In this document: one piece after another, positions 1-10,200 of the stretch | Numbering within the stretch: the stretch's first letter is position 1 | Layout: the number at the start of each line of letters is the position of its first letter | Translations under genes and position numbers: made by a program | Assembly (NCBI GenBank): GCA_900088475.1 | Contig: FLMG01003887.1 | Coordinates: 242 to 64,241, forward strand | Direction: 5' to 3' | DNA from: Hyphochytrium catenoides | Taxonomy: Eukaryota > Protista > Hyphochytriomycota | DNA length: 64,000 nt | The notes under the pieces: generated by a model | What the model was told of the DNA's origin: nothing | Seen by the model: only the letters and a program-made list of their open reading frames with translations | Database searches by the model: none

Positions 1-2
1 AG

Positions 3-545
3 CTGACATTTGATGCTGAGAAAGGTGGGAAACTCATTGGCGGGCAAGTCCTTGGCAGTGGCGAGGCGGTGGCCAAGCGTGTGGACGTGCTAGCCACAGC
101 TCTGCAGGCGGGACGTACCGTCTTTGACATAGAAGAGGCTGAGCTAGCCTATGCCCCGCCGTATGGCTCTGCCAAGGATCCTCTTAACATCGCTGGTGCG
201 GTCGCGGCTAACTATCTTCGTGGAGAATATCACTTTATCACTCCTAAAGAGTTACAAGGCGATGTGCCCAACTACCACGTGATAGACGTTAGGACAAGAC
301 GTGAGTATCAGTACGGTCACATTGCCGGTGCCAAGAACTTTCCTATCGATGAGCTGAGACAGCGCCTGGAGGAGCTAAGAGAGGATGTGAAGGAGGAGAC
401 TAAGCCCCTTGTGCTCTACTGCGGAGTCGGTTTTAGGTCCTATCTTGGCTATAGAATCCTAGTGCAAAATGGCTTTGAGAATGTGTTCAACCTGGATGGA
501 GGTATCACAACCTGGCTCTCTCATGAGTTCCCGGTAGAGCGATAA
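3..545 (+). CDS. 3' part of an FAD-dependent pyridine nucleotide-disulfide oxidoreductase (CoA-disulfide reductase / NADH oxidase family) fused to a C-terminal rhodanese domain; runs in from the window edge
   Basis: The frame is open from base 3 (LTFDAEKGGKLIGGQVLG...). It contains the dimerisation-domain motif KRVDVLATA...ELAYAPPYGSAKDP and rhodanese motifs IDVR...GHIAGA, LYCGVGFRS and NLDGG. No intron in the visible part. Confidence 0.9.
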   Translation: MTFDAEKGGKLIGGQVLGSGEAVAKRVDVLATALQAGRTVFDIEEAELAYAPPYGSAKDPLNIAGAVAANYLRGEYHFITPKELQGDVPNYHVIDVRTRREYQYGHIAGAKNFPIDELRQRLEELREDVKEETKPLVLYCGVGFRSYLGYRILVQNGFENVFNLDGGITTWLSHEFPVER

Positions 546-1124
546 CTATAGAAAGTACGGAAACAAGCAGCCACCGGGACGAAAGGAGAGCCGATAAGAC
601 GGAGGAGAATATGTGGTCGTTGTGTTGGCAATGAAAATAGAAAGACGACGGACTGGGTGGCCTTTCTCTGTTCTCAGCCCATGTCCTGCCCTTTGAATGC
701 ACGTGGAGCTCTACTTCTCTTCTCTGCCGACATACGACCAGCCACATCTTTTGAGTCAGCCTCTTCATTGCTTGGGAACCTTACTCTCTGCACCGAGTGA
801 CGACAGTCTGAAGTGAACTCTTGACGGACACTACATGCTCTCTGGAAGCACTCTATGCTGTGCTATTTCACCTATCGTGAGACGGACTGGGCTTGATGAC
901 AAGAGCGAGAACCCGGGCAACTCCCGACCTCGTAATGAGGGAAAGGCAGACACTAGCAATAACCTGCTAACTGGGTTTGGTCAGGACAGCGCCTATGAAA
1001 GCTTCTTGCTTGCTTCTATTTATAAAAGATTTAAACCTTTCTAAAATCACGCCCTAGGGTAACAGCACACCCATTGTCTTTGTGTGCCCTTCTTCTTTTC
1101 CGTCTCCTTTCTCTTCCCACTTCT

Positions 1125-2453
1125 CTAGTATGCGTTCTTAACTCCTTCTCTCATCACTTCTATCGTGCTAACATCCTTGTCGTACACAGCGTACCACCCT
1201 GGAGCCTCGTGAGGCGGGTCCGAGATCCACTTGTTACCGGGCCGAGCAGCGCCAGCGTACGCCCAGAAACCAAAGCCTGCATATGCGCCTCCATTCTTAT
1301 GAGAAGAGCTCACGTGACCAAGCATCGCTTTGTAATATCTATCCTTGTTGGTGGTGGGATGTTCGGGGTTATACCAGTTTGCCTTGTCACCTAGGGCGAG
1401 CCAATTGTCACGGGCCATGCCAAACTCCTCCAGAACCAGGGGCTTGTTGATCTTCTTTGACCAGCCTTCTACCTTCTGCAGCTCTCCCACACCCCAGGAT
1501 ACCGCGTTGGCAATGTTAGCCTCGCTGCCGTCCAACATGTCGTAGACTCCCCTGTTCTGCACCCACACATGGATGGTTGCATAGTCAACGTTAGCTACAT
1601 CGTGTGCAGTCATATAGTCCTGCTCATCGCTCTTGGATTCTAGCCCAACGGAGACCATGTGCTTTGGCGCCAGAGACTTGATAAACGCTGTCGTGTCTTG
1701 CACCCAGCTGCGCGGAGGAGATTGTGGCTCGTTGCCCAGCTGCCAGGAGAAGACAGTGGGGTCGTCTTTGTAGAGAAGGCCCGTGTACTTGTTCCTGCGA
1801 TTGATCACCGTGGCAATGTGATCCCTGTAAGCCTTCTGTGCCGTCTCTCTCACCTGTGGATCGTTGTAGAACCGTGCGGAGTATTGGATGAACGTGTCCC
1901 AGCTGTTATCCTGGGTATAATCTCCCAGCTTGGGGTCCCAACTGGGCGGGTAAGGGATGCGGGTGTTGCCTGTGGCCCAAGAGACATACTGGGAGAAGCC
2001 GCCAGACCAGTGCCAGAAGTTATTGAGGCACATGACCGCTTTCATGCCTCTCTTGCCGATCTCTGCCATGGCATAGTCAAGACCATCAAAAACTGCCTCG
2101 TTGTACTGACCAGGAGCCTCCATGAGGGCTGGAGTCATGCGGAACGGCTCAGTGTTGGGGCCCTCGCTGCTTGCCATAATTCTCAGGTTGTTGATTCCCA
2201 TCTTCTTCATTGCGTCCAAATCCTCTAAAAGACGAGTACGGTTGCCGCCAAGGCTAACGTCAGCAACGCCAAGATTCATAGCCTGCCAGTAGTTGGCAGA
2301 GAAGATAAACGTTTCCTGACCATCAGCGTAGAAGCGCATATCCTTCACAGAAACAAAGGCAGAGGAAGACACGGAAGAGATCTGCCCAAAGGCGTTGACT
2401 CCTTCCGTGGCAATGACGGCCAGAAACGCCGTCAGATAAGCAGCGTTGACCAT
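1125..2453 (-). CDS. Secreted glycoside hydrolase family 5 beta-mannanase/beta-mannosidase (GH5_7-like), intronless CDS
   Basis: ATG at 2453 is followed by a hydrophobic signal peptide (MVNAAYLTAFLAVIATEGVNA). Motifs: ANYW, NNLRIMA, LNNFWHWSGG, acid/base WQLGNEP, HVW, nucleophile LEEFG, GFWAY, DPPHE..GWYAVYD.D.ST. Confidence 0.93.
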   Translation of the reverse strand: MVNAAYLTAFLAVIATEGVNAFGQISSVSSSAFVSVKDMRFYADGQETFIFSANYWQAMNLGVADVSLGGNRTRLLEDLDAMKKMGINNLRIMASSEGPNTEPFRMTPALMEAPGQYNEAVFDGLDYAMAEIGKRGMKAVMCLNNFWHWSGGFSQYVSWATGNTRIPYPPSWDPKLGDYTQDNSWDTFIQYSARFYNDPQVRETAQKAYRDHIATVINRRNKYTGLLYKDDPTVFSWQLGNEPQSPPRSWVQDTTAFIKSLAPKHMVSVGLESKSDEQDYMTAHDVANVDYATIHVWVQNRGVYDMLDGSEANIANAVSWGVGELQKVEGWSKKINKPLVLEEFGMARDNWLALGDKANWYNPEHPTTNKDRYYKAMLGHVSSSHKNGGAYAGFGFWAYAGAARPGNKWISDPPHEAPGWYAVYDKDVSTIEVMREGVKNAY

Positions 2454-5400
2454 ACTTCCTTTGTTAAATCTTGAATGTCCTATCACGAGGCGTTGACCTT
2501 CTTCTTGACTTGCTTTCTGCGACTCCTAGTCGTCTGGAGGAAAGCTCGTGTTTCTCCTTCTGGGCTGGGCCTTCGCAGCAGAGAGAAAATTGTAGAATGA
2601 GTCGGGAGAGGGGACCGCCTTCTTCCTCACGATCAGAGCCTTACCTGTGCCTAGCCATTTGTTCCTTCTTCTCCTTTGTGTGATGCTTTAGGCTCGCGCC
2701 TACCCTGTCTATTGGAGTCTATCGTTCTTCCCTCTCGCTCTCCTCTTCCCCCTTCTTGTCTCTTGCGTGACCGCCCTTCTTTGGCCTTTGCCTTTGCATC
2801 TCCTTTTCCATATTTTCAGTGGCTTGCATGCGATGATCACCGAGCATGGGCGCTCAAGCTCCATTCGCAATTTATTATCCAAGTTAAGACTAAGGTAGGA
2901 CCTCAACCAAGCACCTCAAAGTGTCTCCTGTCTCCCTCCCTCTCACTCTATCTCTCCCTTCCCCACTTCTTCCTTTCCTCAAGCTCGTCCGCCCTCCTTC
3001 TCCATTTCACGCTCTCTGATGTTTCTCTTCCCTGTTCTCACTCTCGCTCTCTGGAATTGCCTGTAGCACATCGTTTGTTAATCTTTCTCTCTCTCTCTCT
3101 TTCTCGTGCCCTTCTGTTGCTCTCTGTCTGTCTCTCTCTCTTTCTCTACCTCTCTCCTCTCCCTCCCGTTCCGTTCTGCCTCTCTCCCTCTCTTGCTATT
3201 GCCTCACATCTATCTATCCCAACTGCCATATGGGATCTTCTGCTGGCTCTCTTCCCAATAATTGATTCCCTTCTCCATAGCCTTCCCTCCGCCTTCTTCC
3301 GGCCACGGCCATCATGGAAATGACCCTTCACATTCTACCGGCCTCTAAGGTTCTGTTTCTTGCGCATCTAGATTGTTCCTGCTCCGCGGTCACTATCCTT
3401 GGGCCTAACTTCAAGAAGGAGACGAGGACAAACGATGATGAAATTGCTAGTCAAGTCTCAATCATACATCCTGTCCCCACTTCCCTGCACGACCTGATCG
3501 CTCCTGCACTGACCACTTTTTTGGAGGTCAATACGAGGGAAGACGGGAACAGAGCAGGCGTAGAGAAGGGACTAATAGTGAGAAGGAGGAGGAGGTTGGC
3601 TCGTTCAACAGCTCAAGAGGGCTATGGAAAGGGCATATTTTACGAGGGCGGTGAACTTGCAGGGCAAGTGGAAGAGACTAAGACGCGAAGCAAGGATAGG
3701 TTTCGAGCGTGACGAACAACACAGCGCAAAAGCAGCAGCCGAAGCAAACAGCAGGAAAAGGATGAAGGATGTACAAACAAAGAACCAGAGGTAGGCTTCG
3801 TGGTCCTCCTCAGAAAGAGGTAATCCAGCTACGATGATGCCTTGAAGGCAAGATCGCGCTTTGGCAAGGCCAGGTTTGGTCGCGAGAACGTAGCTCTATA
3901 ATAGAAAGCTAGCCAAAAGAGACAAAGACGTCACATGCTCTGGAAAGGGAGCAGGTGCCTTCACGTAAGCGGCTTCCCATGGCTCGTAGCCTGTAGTAGC
4001 CTCGCAGGCGCTCTTATGACTGCTCCTAACCTCCCCTGGTAGCTTTCTCGCTTTCTTCAGGCGGGGACGCGCCAGATCCTTTACTTCTATTAGAGAACTC
4101 TAAGAGGCTAAGAAGCTTGAGGACTGTTCCCCTTCTTCAACCTGCGCTGGTGATGGTGACCTCTTACGCGATGGCCTCAGGACTAAGATTCGTCATAATT
4201 GGTTCTTATGCCGCCTGCCTACGTATGGCTGGTATCTCAATCAGAGCAGGCAGAAGGAGTGCACGACGACTCTGTGGGTAGGACGCCGGCTGTCGGCCTC
4301 AGGATGATGGCGGCGCTCCTCTTATATTATGACAGCTTCTTAGGACTCCTCCTTGGGTACTTGTACTTGGTGCAATGGTGTCAGATACCTGTACTTGGTA
4401 AAGTGGAACTAGTATTCACTGTTAATGTATGACTAATTACCAAGATCCAAGAAGTAAATACCGTCCATGTCACTACTTACTTACTTAGATATAGTTGATG
4501 ATCCTTTGTTTAAGGGGTTTTTACGGCATTCTTTTTGTGCCTGATGGTCGTGCTGGTGGCGCGTGGTCGGGCTTGGTGCCGCTGCTGCGCATCAAATCCA
4601 TTGGCAGGGCACCTTGTTGAAGTTCAAGTTGTACCACGCTTTCTTCTTCCTCTTCTTCTGCTTTGACCTGTCGTCCGAGTCCTTTGGCTCTTATTAGATA
4701 TCGTCCTCCTGGTTAGAAAGGCAAAGAAGTAGTATAGGAGAAGCTGGAACAGCAGAGGTGAGTAAACCTTGGCCTATCATCTTCCCAACTGCGCCGTTCT
4801 ACCAGCGGTGGAAAAGCGCGAGTGGCTACTGTTTACTCCGAACTTCCGTCTGAAGACGGATGACTGTCAACTAGAGGAGCACGAAGAGGCTCAGTACAGT
4901 ATGACCTCAACGATTGAAAATTATGTTTTCCTTTCCCCTCCGGGCCTCATGATGAAAGGGCAACAAATCTTGAGGTCACTATTCTTCCTCGCCTGTTGGT
5001 TTCCAGTGAGGACAACATCAGTTTCATCATGGTACCTTTCTGCTGCTGTGTCGAATCACACCTCCCATCGAGTCCCAACATCATGGTGTTGCCATGGTAT
5101 GGCCATGCACTGAAGTATTTCTTGAAGGTGAAGGAGCATGAAGGCAGAGTTGCAGAGTTGCGGTAAATAAAGTAAGGGAAGAGCGGGAGAGAGCTCAGGA
5201 GGCCGAAGAAGGCGACTTGGGAAAGGCTAGTACGTAAGAAGAAGAGTGCTTTATAAGCTGCTCCATATTAAGAGAACTCGAGAGGAGTAAGGACTTTAAA
5301 GTTGCCCATAGTAGGTACGATGCTTAATCAAGAAGGGATGATGATAACGCGTCTCTCGTCCAAATTTTTGTATAATAAGGAGTTTGGAGGCAAAATGGCA

Positions 5401-7220
5401 TCAAAAGAGAAGTTTGCCCAGGTGTGCAAGAAGAAGCTGAGCACAGCGTTAGGTGAAAAGATAGGAAGGTAGACTTGGGATGATATGATGCAGAAGAGGG
5501 GCGGAGGACGGGTAAGATTGCCTCTAAGAGCATGAGAAAGGCCAGACCGAGCCGAATATCTGACATTGCTCATTGGATCTCCTTAAAACCTCCTTCTGGG
5601 TTAGGAAGCTAGTAAACCTTCAAAGCACGTCCAGCAGCCGGCTCTTTGATAGGGAATAAAAAATGGATGTTTAAGCCCTTACCCCACTTGCAGACGCTGG
5701 CAGAGGATAAAGAAAAAGCACCCACTTTGACTAGGGAAGACCGAGAGAGTGCTTCGCCATCAAACATGGCTTCCGGCAGAAGATACACAGCTTGCAATCC
5801 GAAAGCATTACGCCACGACCTGTCAACAACCAAGAACAATTATGAAATCCCCCTGGCAACGAGCGTTACAATCAATGCGTCGTCCGCGGACAGCGTAGGC
5901 TAGGGATAGGCGAGTGTAATGAGGACCCGAGCTGAAGCTGAGCTAAGATCGGCTGTTATTGACAACGGACCAGTGGCATGCCTCCTCACAGCGTGTGCTT
6001 TGACTTAAACGTCAACGCTTTCTTTCCTACATGTTTGAGGGTATAAATGATCGCTTCTCAATTCTCCATCCTACGTGTCTCCTAGGAAGTGGAAGTTTGG
6101 ACCGCTGCCACTTGAAACTTACACTATTCGATGTTCTGTGCCCTCCGAGAAAGATGTCCAGTCTTAATAATGAGTCAATGGCTCCAGCTTTCCAACCATT
6201 TCCCCTCCTACTGCGGGTGCAACTGAGTATAAAAGGGAAGAACTGTCCTTCGTCAAAGAGCAGACAGTGTCCGTCACTCCAATCAGTTACGGGAGCTACT
6301 ACCCTCCTCCATACTCTCGATGGAGTTTTCTACGCATTAGGAAAAAAGAATCAAAGAGCTTACATTCAGTTCTAAGATGCTCAGTACCTTTCCCTACCGG
6401 TTTGCAGGTAAACGGGAAGCAGAACCTCTTGTAACTCGACCATAAAGCCAGAAAGGCGGCCTTACTATATTCAGCGTCTCCAACAACGAGTTGGTCGCCG
6501 AACCAGGCTAACACTGTCTATAAAGCCCCAGACCAGGACACGCCATGAAGCATGCGCTGAGCTCAAGGAGCGGTCTGCCTATTGATAGCATGCTTCCCTA
6601 GGCAAGGAAGTGGCAGTCACAAGTGCCTTAACACTCTAGAATGCAGATTTTTTTTTGAAGAACTCTTCTTCTTCCCTGATGATGGAGCAGCCATCATCAG
6701 AAGTGAAAGACAGTCCAGAGGGGCGACCTACACCATTCGCACCCCAAGGACATTCCAGTATGGCAATTATCAGGATATTGACCAAGTAACAAAATAGCAA
6801 ACTATTCTCAATTTGGCACAAACAAATCTCAAACATGATATGTGAAGCAAAAGGTTGATTTCTTACACATAGAAGCTTGTCAATTAAGGCTATTGTAAAT
6901 TGCCGGTCAAGAGTCTCGATAATTTACCCGAAGAAATGCGATAAACTCTGAGCTTCAAAATGTGGAACTGGACAGAATCTGCATCATCACACAGCTACCT
7001 TCTCCGGCAAGACCCAGAACTCGCCCACAATCTTCAAGGTCTTTGGATCATACATGCCCTGCTTATACCTCGTTATAGGGCTCACAAGGTGCTAGTGCGA
7101 TAAAAGAAGATGCTTACAGGAACGTTATCTACGTGAGGCCTCTGTCTCCATTCCTCCACCTCTCTGATGAGGGAAAGGTCATGCACACTTGGTGGTTGAT
7201 GATGCCTAGACAAGCCTATA

Positions 7221-10200
7221 ATGGCCGATAAGGTGTATGGCTCTCCATCGTGTAGGATGATTAGGACGCCAGACGCGCAAAACAATCAAGAGACTTCGCC
7301 TGCTACGGATGAAGGCCGTGCCTATCAGAGTCTTTCTGGAGGGTTGTTTGGGTCCTTCTCTAGGGCCGTCCATACGCCAAGCTATAGCTCCCAGACACCT
7401 CCTGGCTACCGGCAGCGCGCATCTGCTTTGGAAGGCGAATTAGGAGGACGAGAAAACAGCTTAGAGGGTTCAAGAAGCGGCCGTCCGGGTGATCTCTTTG
7501 ACAGCTCTACTTGGAAGCAACCACTGCAAAATCTCTTTGAAGGGGCCGAAAAGGAAGGAATCAAGGACAAGAAGTTCGAGGAGGAAGAGCATGAAGATCT
7601 CATCAAATGGATGCCAGAACCTGAAGGGGTGATTGTGACAAGCGTGAGCATTGAGAGGGATGCACTGATTCCTTACTGCTTGTTTATTGTGGAGGTGAGA
7701 CCAGGTCTATTATGCTCTAGCTCTTACACATAAGTGTGTTGCTCTTGTCTTGCCTCTTTAGTCATATCACTGTTTTTCCAATGTCTTTTTAAGTCTATCC
7801 ATCTACCCGGCTGCCCGTCAGCAGCTGCTGTCTGCCTTGGGCTTAGTCCAAGCCACAGGGAATACTAGGTCCAGGCTCTGCGACTCTCTTCCAGTTCTAC
7901 CGCACGTCTCATTCGTTCTTACTGCCTGACGGTCGTCTCTGTTGGTTGTCTCTTGGCATGCATTGTGGCCCCTCAATTTCTCCATGGGCACCTTCGCTTC
8001 TGTCACATTTCTGACCTTTGTGTTTGACTTGATATGTAGATAAAGAGCGGAAGAACATGGTGGAGTATCAGAGTAACGCAGAAGCAGCTTGTCAGGCTGT
8101 ACATCAGGCTGCGCCTCGAGAACCTTCTTGGCAGAGAGGTATAGAGCTGCACTTACTCTCTGGCCCCTTTCTCTTCTCCCCGTCTTACTTTATATACCGA
8201 TCCTATAAAGTACGCTAAGATAGCACACTCTCTGTGTCCTTTTATGAAGGCCTTTCCGGTGCCGGTGCCCTGGGATTTATTTGTGGAGCGAATTGCTACG
8301 AGAAGAGTGCTAGACGCGCCGATTGTGGAGAAGTATCTGCAGGATTTACTTCGGCATCCGCTCATCAGGAAGTGAGTAGAAATGGAGCATTTGAAGAAGG
8401 AGACAAGATTGAAAAAGAATTGTGGTGTTTGTGCGAAGAAATAACCAGGACCTGATGCGAATGACAGAATGGGCTAGAAAAGCATGGACTTAAGAGCTGC
8501 ATAAGTCTGATTGCTGTGAAGGCTTTGGACAACCATGCACGAAAAGGCTGACCCCTGTGTAACTTGTCAGGTCCAAAGCTATGCAGAACTTTCTGGAGCT
8601 AAGCCCGATGAGGGCCGACATTAGATATGGGCCATCACTGCGAGAGGTGAGACTAGGGGATCGATAAGCCTAAGAACCGAAGACAAGACAACCGGAATAG
8701 AAGAGTTTGTTCTCTTTTTGTCTCAGGGTTACCAAGTTGAGCTGTGCCCCTCTGTCTCTGATCTCTCCTGATCTCACTTTTCCAATCCCTTCACTTGGTT
8801 GCTTAGGGCTACTGATCTCACTTTTCCAATCCCTTCGTATGATTGCTTAGGGCTACTTGCACGTGAAAGTAAAGAGTCATGCTACGTTTTATTCGAAGAG
8901 AATTGGCAGCGGCTGCAGTCATGTCATAGACGTGCTCGTCAATATCATCCAGTACTTACTCCTGGCCTTCTCTATGGCCTTCTTCTTCGTTCCGGTCGCG
9001 ACTGTTCTGTTCTTCAAAGCGCCATTGGTGCTGATATCCGGCAATCCAAGGGTACGAAACAGAAGGCTTAGGTTATCTGCCTCCAAACGGCTCACTTGAC
9101 AACTCTGTCTGCATCGTCAACGGCCTCTCCCCGTCGTCTTTCAAATGTTTCGATGATGGTCGTTTTTGTCTCTAATGATCGTCTGACCTTCAGATTATCA
9201 GCACACCACCAGCATGGAGTGACAGGCTGGACCGGTTCATCAACTATTCTGCGTTCTTCATCTTCTGGCTGTTCTTGTTTGGAGGTAAGACAGCTGCAAA
9301 CCACTGAACGCCATTGAGGTGGCGTTCTGCTAAAAGGACGGAAAGACTGGTTGTTTATAACGCTTGAGCTTTTGAAAGACAGTTATCTTGGGCTACTTGT
9401 TTGAAGCTCTTGCCAGTCTGTTAGCGCTAAGTCTGCTATTCTCTAAATTTACTGTTCCCCTCTGAACTTCGCCGGTGTTTTCCGTAGCCGTTTTCTGGGC
9501 CTATCAGTTCTTCCGTGACCGGATCTTTAAGGAGCGTCGCTGGGTAGTGCTGAAGCCTTCCTGTCTACTGTTTTTCTCTCGGAAAGACGACCTCAAGCCG
9601 ACCGAGGTTCTTCTTTTTGACGATAGCATGCAAGTCCGGAGAAGCACCATTAGACAAGGTAATGATGTAATCTCCTCCTATCTTCGGCATTCGCTAGGAT
9701 CCCCGCTTCTGTCCTAAAGCTCGGCTCTCAAGCTTGGAGAGCATTTAGCTTTGCTCAAGCAATTCTCTTCGGTTTGCAATTCTCAGAAAGCGCTGCTGCT
9801 CACGTCTAAATCCTTGAAGCCCAACACTAACCACCACATGACTTAACCTTTCCTTTCGTGTCTCTTCTTTTCTTAGCACACCGCTGTGGCCTCTATCTCT
9901 CGAAATTCTGCTCTTTCTTACTTGTACCTATTCTTATCCCCGGGTACCTAGTGCTGACCGTTTTCCGTCTAGGGCTAATGTGGATGCCCAATGGGCTCAC
10001 GGTGGATGCTTTGATGGGAACTGTGGAGATGGATGCCGGCCATTTATATGCAGTCATCATACAGTCCCTGTGTTTTATAAGCTCCTATCTCTTCTTTTCC
10101 TTGATGATAGGTGCGTTCGTAGTGTCTGTCGAGTATCTTCAACACTCATCTCTTCCGGTCTCTCTCTCTCTCTAATCAAGAGACCCCTCATTCCACCTTG

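Noticed and set aside
2500-7200. Short ORFs in the 4.7-kb interval between GH5 and PLD
   Set aside because: No recognisable domains or consistent exon chain; some may be unrecognised 5' exons of PLD.
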